42,451 nt of DNA from an uncultured Acidobacteriota bacterium (GTDB lineage: Bacteria > Acidobacteriota > Blastocatellia > RBC074): contig CAIKMY010000092.1 of the NCBI GenBank assembly GCA_903828635.1, positions 1 through 42,451 of the forward strand, read 5' to 3'. Below the pieces are notes generated by a model that made no database searches, was not told the origin of the DNA, and saw nothing but the letters and a program-made list of their open reading frames with translations. Positions 25,166 to 34,720 of this stretch are shown here, one piece after another. How positions within the stretch are numbered: the stretch's first letter is position 1; every line of letters starts with the position of its first letter. The position numbers and the translations under genes were made by a program.

Positions 25166-26143
25166 TCAGTCGATAATCAACACCGCCTTGCCGGAGACCT
25201 GACGATTGGCGAGGGAGCGAAGCAGAACTGGTGCGTCAGCGAGTGGCGCGGTTGAAGTAACGATCGGGTTGATACCCCCGGCGTCGTAAAGTGCGAAAAG
25301 TTCCGCCTGGGCAGCGGCGAGATAGCCCGGGTTCTTTTCGACGTAACCACCCCAGTAAACCCCAACGGCCGAGGCATTTTTAAGGAGCAGGCGGTTGGCA
25401 GCAATCGTCGGGATACGACCAGCGGCAAATCCGATGATCAGAATTCGGCCTTCTGGTGCAATACATTTCGTCGCCTGATCGAAATAGTCAGCGCCGACCG
25501 GATCATAAATGAGGTTGGCACCGGTGCCGGTCATCCTTCGCACCTCGTCAGTCCAGCCTTCACGACCGTAGGTGATCACCTCGTCAGCGCCAAGCTGGTG
25601 ACAGAACGGGAATTTTGACTCGCTGCCAACGGCAGCGATCACTTTGGCTCCCATCGCCTTGCCAAGCTGCACGGCCGAGCTGCCGACCCCGCCCGCTGCA
25701 GCCAGCACCAGCAGCCACTCTCCGGCCCTGATCTCTCCGCGATGCTTGAGGGCAAAGATCGATGTCTGGTAGACGATCGGCATGGCGGCAGCCTGGATAA
25801 AAGTCATCCTCTCGGGCAGGCGAAAGGTCCTGGCCGCCGGGGCAATCGAATACTCGGCATAGCCGCCGTTGGAAAGCATTGCCAGCACGCGATCGCCGAC
25901 AGCCAGCCCGGTCACCCCATCACCAACAGCATCAACGACACCGGCGACCTCGGCTCCAGGGGTGAAGGGAAATGGCGGCCGTACCTGATAATTCCCCTGG
26001 ACCAGCAGAATATCAAAGAAATTGAGCGCGGCAGCATGATTGCGCAGACGCACCTCACCCGGTCCGGGGTTGGGTATGGCCACCTCGGTCAGCGCCATCT
26101 GTTCGGGTTCACACCACTCAGTAACCTGCCAGGCTCGCATCAT
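25166..26143 (-). CDS. NADPH:quinone oxidoreductase (zinc-independent MDR family)
   Basis: LNFFD.L.VQG.YQ.RPPFPFTPGAEVAG, GGYAEY, AAAGGVG, IGFAAG.IP and NRLLLKN. Start reassigned to ATG 26143 after GAGGT. Confidence 0.92.
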   Translation of the reverse strand: MMRAWQVTEWCEPEQMALTEVAIPNPGPGEVRLRNHAAALNFFDILLVQGNYQVRPPFPFTPGAEVAGVVDAVGDGVTGLAVGDRVLAMLSNGGYAEYSIAPAARTFRLPERMTFIQAAAMPIVYQTSIFALKHRGEIRAGEWLLVLAAAGGVGSSAVQLGKAMGAKVIAAVGSESKFPFCHQLGADEVITYGREGWTDEVRRMTGTGANLIYDPVGADYFDQATKCIAPEGRILIIGFAAGRIPTIAANRLLLKNASAVGVYWGGYVEKNPGYLAAAQAELFALYDAGGINPIVTSTAPLADAPVLLRSLANRQVSGKAVLIID

Positions 26144-26252
26144 CTCGGCCACCTCACTGTTCGAAGAGCTCACCATAAGCAATGTGGCCACGACCGGAAG
26201 AGATGTCGGCCGCGGCCACTCGTTTCAATCGATCATCTTTCAATGAATGCTG

Positions 26253-26783
26253 TTACTTTTTGAAGACCATCGTCATCTCCATCGGACCACGGGGTGTCTC
26301 ACGCTTCTGCACGACCTTCAAAGCGCCACCATCGATCAGCTCCCACCGCTCGGAAGTCGACAAGGTTCGAGTCTCACCCTGGAAATCAACGGTCATGACG
26401 GTCGAGATCTCGAGCGCCTTGCCGCCATCGGCCCACTTTACCTTGCTGGCCGACTTGCCACGAGGATTCTCGGTGACCGTCTCGCTGCCGTCCAGCTTGT
26501 AGGTGGCCGGACGTCCACCGCCCATCATCCCCATTCCACGACCACCACCGGGGCCGCCGGCACCACCCTCCATCTTCATCTCACGGGTGATCTGACCGGC
26601 ATCCTGAGTGATCGTCATGGTGATCGACTCAATGTTCTGCATCATCTCGGGCAGGCTGCTCTTCGATTTGTCGAGAGTCCAGGTGCCGGCGAAATTGGCA
26701 CCTTTCTCCTGAGCGGCAGCCGCTCCGGCCAGCATCAGCATAATGAAAAGGGCAAGGGTAACTTTGGAAATCGATCTGCTCAT
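26253..26783 (-). CDS. Secreted hypothetical protein, lipocalin-like beta-barrel with Gly-rich loop
   Basis: Signal peptide ending AAAAQ, NFAGTWTLDKSKS (GxW motif), YKLDGSET; GGAGG SD. Confidence 0.75.
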   Translation of the reverse strand: MSRSISKVTLALFIMLMLAGAAAAQEKGANFAGTWTLDKSKSSLPEMMQNIESITMTITQDAGQITREMKMEGGAGGPGGGRGMGMMGGGRPATYKLDGSETVTENPRGKSASKVKWADGGKALEISTVMTVDFQGETRTLSTSERWELIDGGALKVVQKRETPRGPMEMTMVFKK

Positions 26784-26805
26784 TTGGTTCCTCCGAAAAA
26801 TTTGA

Positions 26806-26844
26806 ACTATCGCGTCTTCACTATTGCGTCTTCACTATTGCGTC
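26806..26844. repeat. 14-bp tandem repeat, about 2.8 copies
   Basis: ACTATCGCGTCTTC ACTATTGCGTCTTC ACTATTGCGTC, in the 5' region of the 26253-26783 gene. Confidence 0.85.
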
Positions 26845-26873
26845 GTTTCGCACAAATATCTGTCACTGACAGG

Positions 26874-26903
26874 TTAGACGATCAAACCGGAGCGCTGGTC
26901 TCA
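26874..26903 (-). promoter_or_regulatory. Candidate ECF-sigma promoter
   Basis: Minus strand reads TGAGAC-N17-CGTCTAA, resembling SigW/SigE-type TGAAAC...CGT motifs. Adjacent palindrome CTGTCACTGACAG at 26860-26872. Confidence 0.3.
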
Positions 26904-26912
26904 AAAATTTTG

Positions 26913-28040
26913 CTACTCCGCCTCATCAACAATGTGACGCGCAATCAGTTCACGGTGATGAGTCGCATCACCAAAGAGGACTTCGCCGGATTTGGCACGC
27001 TTGTAGTAAAGCTGAAGGTTGTGCTCCCAGGTAAAGCCGATTCCGCCGTGTACCTGAATGCCACGATTACCGACCTCACGTGCGGCATCTGAACAGTAGC
27101 CCTTGGCAATCGAGACAGCGAGCGTGGCAAGAGGGTCTCCGGCGGAGACGGCCCAGGCGGCATAGTAGATGGCCGAGCGCGCACTCTCGGCCATCAGAAA
27201 CATATCAGCACACTGGTGCTGAACGGCCTGATAGATGCCGATCGGCTTGCCAAATTGCTGCCGGGTCCGGGCATACTCGACGGTGCTGGCAAGTGTCCAC
27301 TCGATGCCACCAAGCATCTCGGCGCAGAGGATGACGGAGGCGACCTCGGTCGCGGCAAGGAGGGCACGGCGTGTCGCGGTAGTAAAGGCAAGGGTCTCAG
27401 TTGCCGGGACGACAACATTGTCGAGCATGACGGTTGAGAACTTGCGGGTCGCGTCCATCGCCGGTGTCGGAGTAACGGCCAGCCCGGGGCTGGTGCGTTT
27501 GATCGGCAGCAGCAGCAGATCTTCGCCGTGACGGGCAACACAAATGATCAGATCCGCAACACCGGCATCGGTGACGAAGAGCTTGGTGCCATTGAGCCGG
27601 TAATCACGACCATCAAACTCCGCCCGCAACCGCACACCATCGGGATCCCAGTCGAGATCTTCTTCGAGGAGTGCAACCGTCGCCTTCAGATCTCCGGCAG
27701 CAATGGCCTCAAGGTACTGCTGGCGCTGCCCCTCGCTGCCGGCGCGATCGATCAGTGCCGCCGCCCAGAGGGTCGAGAGAAACGGGCCCGGCAGACAGGC
27801 ACGCCCCATCTCTTCAGCCACTGCAATCAGGTCGACCAGCGTTAGTCCAAGACCGCCATACTCTTCCGGCACCAGCATCCCCAGCCAGCCCTGATCGGCC
27901 ATCTCGCGCCAGAGCGCTTCATCATATCCTGTCTCACTGGCCATCAGCGCGCGAACACGCTCCGAAGGACACTCCCGGGCAAAGAAATCTCGCGCCGATT
28001 TCTGCAACAGTTTCTGGGCTTTATTCAGATCAAAATCCAT
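26913..28040 (-). CDS. Acyl-CoA dehydrogenase family protein (FadE27/ChsE beta-type subunit)
   Basis: EEMGR...PGPF, LNGTKLFV.DA, EYARTRQQFGKPIG.YQAVQH and QVHGGIGFTWEH.LQLYYKRA. Confidence 0.9.
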   Translation of the reverse strand: MDFDLNKAQKLLQKSARDFFARECPSERVRALMASETGYDEALWREMADQGWLGMLVPEEYGGLGLTLVDLIAVAEEMGRACLPGPFLSTLWAAALIDRAGSEGQRQQYLEAIAAGDLKATVALLEEDLDWDPDGVRLRAEFDGRDYRLNGTKLFVTDAGVADLIICVARHGEDLLLLPIKRTSPGLAVTPTPAMDATRKFSTVMLDNVVVPATETLAFTTATRRALLAATEVASVILCAEMLGGIEWTLASTVEYARTRQQFGKPIGIYQAVQHQCADMFLMAESARSAIYYAAWAVSAGDPLATLAVSIAKGYCSDAAREVGNRGIQVHGGIGFTWEHNLQLYYKRAKSGEVLFGDATHHRELIARHIVDEAE

Positions 28041-28060
28041 GTGCTCATTCCTGAAAACTA

Positions 28061-29239
28061 TCAGTAGCTCTTGGGCAGACCGAGAACACGCTCGGCAACG
28101 ATATTGCGCTGGATCTCACTGGTACCGGCCTCGATCGTGTTGGCACGGCAACGCAGGAAATTGTAGACCCACTGGCCATTATCAAGCCCCTGCAACTGGC
28201 CGACCGGGCCGAGCAGTTCCTGGGCGATCTGCTGGAATCGCTGATTGTATTCGCTCCACTGCAGCTTGAGAATCGAGCCTTCCGGACCGGGCACGTGCTC
28301 GTTATTCATGCGGCTGAGGGCACGAGTATTGGTCAGCCGAAAGATTTCAAGCTCCATGAAAGCCTGGGCAAGCTTCTGGCGAACAATCGGATCGGTGCCA
28401 CGTGAGCGGCCGTGACGCTGCATCCGGCGGGCATGAGAGATCAACTGATCAAAGTTACGCTTGAACTGGACGTAGGTGCCGGTACCGAGATGAGCACGCT
28501 CATTCATCAGCGTGGCAATTGCCGTATGCCACCCCTGATTGACCTTACCAAGGACATTGCTCATCGGCACACGGACATTGTCGAAAAAGACCTCATTGAA
28601 GCTGGCATCGCCGGTCATCTGCTTCAGCGGGCGAACATCGACGCCGGGCAGGTGCATATCGACCAGCAGCGCGGTGATCCCCTTGTGCTTTGGTACTGTC
28701 GGATCGGTCCGTACCAGCAGCAGACACCAGTCGGCGACGTGAGCAAGGCTGGTCCAGATCTTCTGACCATTGACGACAAAGTGATCGCCATCGACCACTG
28801 CCCGCGTCGTCAGTGAGGCGACATCGCTGCCGGCATTGGGCTCGGAGAATCCCTGGCACCAGATCTCCTCGGCCGAGAGAATCCGTGGAAGATGACTCTT
28901 TTTCTGCTCCTCGGTGCCAACGGCAATGATCGTCGGCCCTATCAGCGAGAGCCCGAGGACATTGATCAGCGGTGGAGCCTCGGCACGTGCCCACTCCTCC
29001 TGGAAGATGGCCTGCTCGATCAGCTTCGCACCACGGCCACCATACTCCTTCGGCCATGAGAGCCCCGCCCACCCCCCCTCACAGACCTTTCGCTGCCAGT
29101 CGCGCAGGAACTGAAAATAGTCCCCTTTGCCCTCCTCACTGGTGGTGTCACCGACGAATGGCGGCGGCACGTGAGCCTGCAACCAGGCCCGCAGCTCGTC
29201 CCGGAAAGATTGCTCCTCAGACGTCAGATTCAAGTCCAT
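28061..29239 (-). CDS. Acyl-CoA dehydrogenase family protein (FadE26/ChsE alpha-type subunit)
   Basis: WPKEYGGRG, WCQGFSEPNAGSD, NGQKIWTS, FNEVFFD, LMNER (candidate catalytic Glu) and TIEAGTSEIQRN. Confidence 0.93.
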   Translation of the reverse strand: MDLNLTSEEQSFRDELRAWLQAHVPPPFVGDTTSEEGKGDYFQFLRDWQRKVCEGGWAGLSWPKEYGGRGAKLIEQAIFQEEWARAEAPPLINVLGLSLIGPTIIAVGTEEQKKSHLPRILSAEEIWCQGFSEPNAGSDVASLTTRAVVDGDHFVVNGQKIWTSLAHVADWCLLLVRTDPTVPKHKGITALLVDMHLPGVDVRPLKQMTGDASFNEVFFDNVRVPMSNVLGKVNQGWHTAIATLMNERAHLGTGTYVQFKRNFDQLISHARRMQRHGRSRGTDPIVRQKLAQAFMELEIFRLTNTRALSRMNNEHVPGPEGSILKLQWSEYNQRFQQIAQELLGPVGQLQGLDNGQWVYNFLRCRANTIEAGTSEIQRNIVAERVLGLPKSY

Positions 29240-29284
29240 GATCTTCTCCTCGATCTTCTTCTCAGTTCGACAGGTTCAAGCGGC

Positions 29285-31312
29285 TCAGGCCTTTTTGCCG
29301 ACCGACTCCCAGAGCAGTTCGGCGACATCCATGACGCGAACATCCCTCTCACCGCGACGGGCATTGATGCCGTCTTCAAGCATGGTCATACAGAAGGGGC
29401 AGCCAACGGCAACGACCTCGGCACCGGTTTTGAGGGCTTCACGCGCACGCTCCTGGTTGACGCGTTGTCCGGCCGGTTCATCAACAAAGCTCATCCCGCC
29501 GCCACCACCGCAACAGAACCCGTTCTCGCGACGGCGCTCCATTTCAACCATCCGCCGGGAGGAGATCTGCACCAACTGCCGTGGCGCATCAAAAACTCCG
29601 TTATGCCGGCCAAGATAGCAGGGGTCGTGAAAAGTCACGGTTTGATCGAGCGGTGTCGCCGAGGCCAGGCGCCCCTCGCTCACCAGTTTCGCCAGATATT
29701 CGCTGTGATGATAGACCTCAAAGCTGCCACCAAATTGCGGGTATTCGTGGCGCAACGTGTTGAAACAGTGAGGACAGGAGGTGACAATCGTTTTCACTGC
29801 GTGGCGGTTGAGTGTCTCAACGTTTTCACGCGCCAACATCTCGAAGAGGAACTCATTGCCAATGCGCCGTGCCGGATCGCCGGTGCATTTCTCCTCGCGT
29901 CCAAGAATGGCAAAATTGACGCCGGCGGCAGCCAGCAATTGTGCAGTCGCCCGCACCACCTTCTGGTTACGCTCGATCAGTGCGCCGCCACACCCGACCC
30001 AGAGGAGTACTTCGGCATCAAGCGCCTCTCCGATCGTCTTCACCGGCAACCCTTCCGCCCAGTCGAGCCGTGTACTCTGCGTACCACGGAATGGATGACC
30101 GCGAGTTTCGAGCGAGGTAACAGCCTGCTGCATCGTCTCCGGAAAGTCAGACTCCTCCATCACAAGGTAGCGGCGCAGATCGACGATCTTTGGCATCTGC
30201 TCGATGAAGACCGGACAGGCTTCCATGCAGGCACCGCAGGTGGTGCACTGCCAGAGGGAGTCGGGCGCAGCCGCCGTGACCGTCGAGGTGATCCCCGCCG
30301 GCTCCCCTGCCTGTGGCGCTCGAACCAGATCACGCAGATCGAGAATCAGATCACGCGGAGAGAGTGATTTGCCGACCGTGTTGGCCGGACAGACATCAGT
30401 GCAGCGGCCGCATTCGGTGCAGGCGTCGAGGTCGAGCAGATCTTTCCAGGTCAGTTGCGCTGCCGTTCTGACACCCATCGGCTCACCGGTCTCCGCCAGC
30501 CGGTCGAGATCGAGCGGCTTGAGCGACGCGCCACTCGGTGCCAGCCGCGCAGTGTAAATGTTGAGTGGCGCCGTCAGGATGTGCAGCAGCTTGGTATATG
30601 GCACCCAGGCAATGAAGCCAAAGACGAGAACCGAATGAAACCACCAGGTGATGACGTGCGCCAGCTCCATCGATTTCGCCGTCAGAGCCAGCGAGGAGAT
30701 CCGCGCGACAAGGTAACCAAATGGCGACCAGACACCCCACGGATCAGCCGTCGCCGCAATCCGCCAGCCCTCCAGCAGGAAACCGGTCAGCGCCATGAGC
30801 AGTATCAGCCCGAGAATCCGGAGAGATTCGTCATTGAGCACCAGCTTTCGCGGCCGGTGAACGAGCCGTCTGACGAAGGCGATCGCTGTCCCGGCCACCA
30901 CCAGCGCACCAAAAATATCGACGATCAGCGACTGGAACCAGAGGTAGAAGGCTCCACGCATTATCGGCAGACCAAAGCGGTGATCAGCCATGACCACCAT
31001 CGTCGCAATGAAGAGAACAATGAAGCCGGTGTAGAGAAAAGTATGAAAGAAGGCAGCATATCGCTCGCGTACCGTACGGCGCTGGCCAATGGCGTGAGTC
31101 AGCAGCATTTTCAGCCGTGGCCACGGCTGATCGAAGCGCGCGGCCGGCTGACCGCGCCGCCAGGCCATGACGCGGCGATAAAGGCCGTAACCGGCGATCG
31201 CCAGCGAGGCGGCAAACATCACATAGAGCAGCCAGCTCTGCGATATGTTCCAAAGGACCGGCCGAGTCGCCTCACTGTCAAGCGTGTTATCGAGCATCAG
31301 GTTGAAAATCAC
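29285..31312 (-). CDS. Membrane Fe-S oxidoreductase (FadF/HdrD-like; ETF:menaquinone oxidoreductase type)
   Basis: N-terminal NarI-like TM region with His residues, two 4Fe-4S motifs (CTECGRCTDVCP, CTTCGACMEACP), CCG domains (EKCTG...SCPHC; HDPCY...FCCGGGGG...GCPFC). Confidence 0.9.
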   Translation of the reverse strand: MIFNLMLDNTLDSEATRPVLWNISQSWLLYVMFAASLAIAGYGLYRRVMAWRRGQPAARFDQPWPRLKMLLTHAIGQRRTVRERYAAFFHTFLYTGFIVLFIATMVVMADHRFGLPIMRGAFYLWFQSLIVDIFGALVVAGTAIAFVRRLVHRPRKLVLNDESLRILGLILLMALTGFLLEGWRIAATADPWGVWSPFGYLVARISSLALTAKSMELAHVITWWFHSVLVFGFIAWVPYTKLLHILTAPLNIYTARLAPSGASLKPLDLDRLAETGEPMGVRTAAQLTWKDLLDLDACTECGRCTDVCPANTVGKSLSPRDLILDLRDLVRAPQAGEPAGITSTVTAAAPDSLWQCTTCGACMEACPVFIEQMPKIVDLRRYLVMEESDFPETMQQAVTSLETRGHPFRGTQSTRLDWAEGLPVKTIGEALDAEVLLWVGCGGALIERNQKVVRATAQLLAAAGVNFAILGREEKCTGDPARRIGNEFLFEMLARENVETLNRHAVKTIVTSCPHCFNTLRHEYPQFGGSFEVYHHSEYLAKLVSEGRLASATPLDQTVTFHDPCYLGRHNGVFDAPRQLVQISSRRMVEMERRRENGFCCGGGGGMSFVDEPAGQRVNQERAREALKTGAEVVAVGCPFCMTMLEDGINARRGERDVRVMDVAELLWESVGKKA

Positions 31313-32280
31313 TCCTTGCGCATTGCTGCCAGCCGCTCGCGCAGCAGAGGCAGCACCTTGCGATAGTCTTCGACAATGCCGAAACGACAGTGTTTGAAGA
31401 TCAGGGCATCAGGATCGTTATTGATCGCCGCGATCGTCTTCGCCTCGGAGATGCCGGCAAGGTGCTGGCTGGCGCCGCGAATGGCCACTGCAAGGTAAAG
31501 GCCGGGGGCGACCTTCCTGCCCGTCTGTCCTACCTGCCACGAGGGCGGACACCAGCCCGAGTCACAGGCGGCGCGCGAGGCCGCCGTCTGCCCGCCCAGC
31601 AATCCTGCCAGATCCTGCAGATCAGTGAATGGCTCCGGACCACCAAGCCCGCGTCCTCCGGAAACAATCACCTGCGCATCCTCGAGGCGCGCTTCACCCG
31701 TCACTTCCGACTTGCGCTCGATAATGAATGTTGCCGGCTCCCCTGTCGGAGCCGCTTCCAGCGACTCGATTGGCGCAGGAACTTCCCGCGCCGTCGCCGG
31801 GTCGAAGGCGCGCGCCCTTATCCAGACAACCGCCGGATCACGCAGCAACTCGATCGTCGCCATCGCCTTACCGCCATAAACACTGCGACTGACCCGAAGC
31901 CGACCATCGGCAATCACCAGTTCAACGCCATCGCCGGCAGCGCTGCCACCAAGCCGATGTGCCAGTCGCGGTGCCAGCTCCTGACTCCAGGTGTCATTGC
32001 CAAGCAGCACCGCCTGTGCCCCCTCGCCACGGCAGAGATCGGTCAGGGCCGCCAGGGTCTGCTCCGGCTGATAATCGGCCACTCCGGTGACCGTGAGAAC
32101 CGTCACCGCGTCAGCGACCGCCGCCAGAGATCCGGCCAGATCTCCTCCGCCCCCCCCAACAACCACCATTTGCAGCGGCAGGCCAAGGGCGTCAGCCAGC
32201 CTTCGCCCGGCCCCGGTCACTCCCTGAGCCGCGCGGTCATATCCCGCCGATGAAAAGATTATGCCGATTACCCTGCTCAT
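31309..32280 (-). CDS. etfA: Electron transfer flavoprotein alpha subunit
   Basis: [50 protein letters not shown]. Confidence 0.93.
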   Translation of the reverse strand: MSRVIGIIFSSAGYDRAAQGVTGAGRRLADALGLPLQMVVVGGGGGDLAGSLAAVADAVTVLTVTGVADYQPEQTLAALTDLCRGEGAQAVLLGNDTWSQELAPRLAHRLGGSAAGDGVELVIADGRLRVSRSVYGGKAMATIELLRDPAVVWIRARAFDPATAREVPAPIESLEAAPTGEPATFIIERKSEVTGEARLEDAQVIVSGGRGLGGPEPFTDLQDLAGLLGGQTAASRAACDSGWCPPSWQVGQTGRKVAPGLYLAVAIRGASQHLAGISEAKTIAAINNDPDALIFKHCRFGIVEDYRKVLPLLRERLAAMRKE

Positions 32281-33095
32281 AATGAACGCACCACTGACAT
32301 GATCCGATCAGCAAGCTGATCAACCCGCTCTTCCAGTGTCTCTCCCGCGACCATCTCGCAGACGATCTCCTTCGTCGGAATCGCCAGATCGACCACCCGA
32401 TAGTAGCCACCACCAGCCCTGATCTCCGCGACATCGATCCCGGCATCATCCGCCGCCAGATCTTCCAGGCTCCACCGTATGATCGGCTGCCGCGATGAGA
32501 GCATGATGTCGCGCGTCTTCGGAATCCGCGGCAGATTCTGATCGTCATTGGTAATTGTCACCACCAGCGGCGTCTGTGCCTCGACATTCTCCCAGCCCTG
32601 ATCGGTCTGCCGGTGCAGCAGCAGCCCGCGCTCCTGCTTCTCCAGTCGGTCAACAAATGAGACGGAGGGGATCCCGAGCTCCTCGGCCATCAACCCACCG
32701 GTCTGACCAACTCCCCAGTCCCCGGACTCCCTCCCAACCATCACCAGATCAATATTGCCCAGCCGGCGCACCGCTGCCGCGAGGACTCGCGCAACTGCCA
32801 GCGGATCGGGATGCGCCGCGCCGTCATTGATCACGTGTACCGCGGCATCAGCCTTCATCGCCAGCGCCTTGCGCAATGAATCCTCACCGCCAGCCGGCGC
32901 AAAGATCAACGCCGTGATCCGCCCTCCAAACTTCTCGCGAAACTGCAACGCCGTCTCCAGCGCATTCTCGCAAAAGATGTTGGTCACCAGGCTTGCCCCG
33001 CCTCGCTGTGCCTCCATCTTCTCACTATCGACACGAAAATCGCGGCTCGGTATCTCCGGATCGAGTATTTGCTTCAGACAGACTACGATATTCAC
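32277..33095 (-). CDS. etfB: Electron transfer flavoprotein beta subunit
   Basis: NIVVCLKQILDP, ENALE.AL, LRKALAM.AD, GRESGD...GQTG, PRIP. Start reassigned to GTG 33095. Confidence 0.92.
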   Translation of the reverse strand: MNIVVCLKQILDPEIPSRDFRVDSEKMEAQRGGASLVTNIFCENALETALQFREKFGGRITALIFAPAGGEDSLRKALAMKADAAVHVINDGAAHPDPLAVARVLAAAVRRLGNIDLVMVGRESGDWGVGQTGGLMAEELGIPSVSFVDRLEKQERGLLLHRQTDQGWENVEAQTPLVVTITNDDQNLPRIPKTRDIMLSSRQPIIRWSLEDLAADDAGIDVAEIRAGGGYYRVVDLAIPTKEIVCEMVAGETLEERVDQLADRIMSVVRSL

Positions 33096-33194
33096 TTTGA
33101 TCTTTTGCTTCTGCGCCGTCGCGCTTGCAGTTGATGTGACGGTACGTTTACTTATAATGTCGGCAGCGATCACTGAATATTCGACCGCGCGGTA

Positions 33195-33224
33195 AATCTA
33201 ATTCCGCTCTGATATCGCTGTCAA
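33195..33224 (-). promoter_or_regulatory. Candidate sigma70 promoter of the etfB operon
   Basis: Minus strand TTGACA (33224-33219)-N18-TAGATT (33200-33195). Confidence 0.45.
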
Positions 33225-33270
33225 GCTCTTTACCAGAAGGTCAACAGACTATTTCCGAGGAATCGAAACA

Positions 33271-34008
33271 ATGAAGACTCGCGCAGCTATTGCATTACTA
33301 TTTATGATATTGGCCGCCTCTCGGGGCCTCGCCCAGGCAAAACCCAACACTCTGAGCACCACCGAAAAGAAAGCGGGATGGCGGCTTCTCTTTGATGGAA
33401 GCACCCTGACCGGCTGGCGCGGCTTTCACAGTCAGGAGCTTCCCTGGGGCTGGTCGGCCGCCGATGGCGCGCTCAAAAAGGAGCCCGGTCGGGGGACCCC
33501 GGAGAAACCGGGGGGAGACCTGATCACCGTCGACCAGTTCTCCAGCTTCGAACTGGCCATCGAATGGAAGATCTCAAAGGGAGGCAACAGCGGGATCAAG
33601 TATCTCGTCAGTGAGAGCCTGCCGCCGACCGGACGCGGCGCCATCAGCTTTGAGTATCAGGTTCTCGACGATGAAAATCACCCTGATGCCAAAATGGGGA
33701 TCGCCGGGAATCGCACCTCCGGGGCACTCTATGACCTCATCCCACCGGCCGCTGCCAAGAGGCTGCGCCCGGTCGGAGAGTTCAATCAGACACGCATCAT
33801 CGCTCGTGGCAACAAGATCGAGCACTGGCTCAATGGCGTCCTCGTAGTCAGTTTCGATCGCACCAGCGAGGATTACCGCAAGCATGTCGCCGAGAGCAAA
33901 TTTAAGAATACCAAGGGGTTCGGCGAGGCTGCCAGCGGCCACGTCCTGCTCCAGGACCATGGCGACGAGGTCTGGTATCGAAACATCAAAATCCGTGAAC
34001 TGAAATAA
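33271..34008 (+). CDS. DUF1080 protein (3-keto-glycoside hydrolase/lyase-like), secreted
   Basis: Signal peptide; GWRLLFDG..L.GW, GNSGIKY, EYQVLDD, GALYD, EHWLNG, LQDHG..VWYRNIKIREL. Confidence 0.92.
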   Translation: MKTRAAIALLFMILAASRGLAQAKPNTLSTTEKKAGWRLLFDGSTLTGWRGFHSQELPWGWSAADGALKKEPGRGTPEKPGGDLITVDQFSSFELAIEWKISKGGNSGIKYLVSESLPPTGRGAISFEYQVLDDENHPDAKMGIAGNRTSGALYDLIPPAAAKRLRPVGEFNQTRIIARGNKIEHWLNGVLVVSFDRTSEDYRKHVAESKFKNTKGFGEAASGHVLLQDHGDEVWYRNIKIRELK

Positions 34009-34022
34009 TCGACATAATCAAT

Positions 34023-34703
34023 ATGAAACCAATAGTACAAATTTCGCTTGACCTGACTGATATCAGGGAGGCGCTGGAGACAGCGCGAATTGCCGTCGAG
34101 GCCGGTGTCGACTGGCTTGAAGCAGGGACACCGCTGATTCTGGCAGAAGGGCTTCACGGGGTGCGTGCGCTGCGTCAGGAATTTCCTGATCATCCGATCG
34201 TCGCCGACCTCAAAACAATGGATGGAGGCTACCTCGAAGCCGAGATGATGGCCAAAGCCGGAGCAACCCACGTCGTCGTCATGGCTCGCGCCCACGAGGA
34301 GACGATCAAGTGCGTCGTCAAGGCAGGGCGTGACTTTGGCGCCAAAGTAATGGGTGACAACATGGTCTGTGATGACAAGGCGGCGGCCAGCAAGTGGATG
34401 GAAGACCTCGGCGTCGATTATATCGTCCACCACACCGGCTTCGACGAGCGCAACGGCATCTTTGCCACCAGCGGAAAACGCCTGAGCCCGCTCGACGACC
34501 TTAAAGCTGTCGTCGACGCCGTCAGCATCCCGGTTCAGGCAGTTGGCGGCCTCTCGATTGAAGAGGCGATTTCGATGCCCAAACACGGGGCACCACTGGT
34601 CGTCATTGGTGCGCCACTCGCCATCGATGCCCATTCATTCAGCACCACCAGCGGTGATCTCAAGGGTATCCTCTCGGAGATCGTCCGCCGCATCAGGGAA
34701 TAA
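34023..34703 (+). CDS. 3-hexulose-6-phosphate synthase / KGPDC (OMPDC suprafamily) homologue
   Basis: QISLD, LEAGTPLI..EG, VADLKTMDGG.LEA (DxKxxD), HHTGFD and AVGGL. Confidence 0.88.
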   Translation: MKPIVQISLDLTDIREALETARIAVEAGVDWLEAGTPLILAEGLHGVRALRQEFPDHPIVADLKTMDGGYLEAEMMAKAGATHVVVMARAHEETIKCVVKAGRDFGAKVMGDNMVCDDKAAASKWMEDLGVDYIVHHTGFDERNGIFATSGKRLSPLDDLKAVVDAVSIPVQAVGGLSIEEAISMPKHGAPLVVIGAPLAIDAHSFSTTSGDLKGILSEIVRRIRE

Positions 34704-34720
34704 AAGAAGGAGCTACAAGC

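Noticed and set aside
29171-32253. Long plus-strand ORFs (398, 303 and 287 aa), and similar ones at 19889-20845, 26247-27092 and 4461-5162
   Set aside because: They lie antisense to well-supported genes, have no recognisable motifs, and are expected shadow ORFs in GC-rich DNA.
34023-34703. hxlA as evidence of RuMP formaldehyde fixation or methylotrophy
   Set aside because: No hxlB/PHI or C1-oxidation genes are nearby and the context is sugar oxidoreductases, so the gene symbol was withheld.
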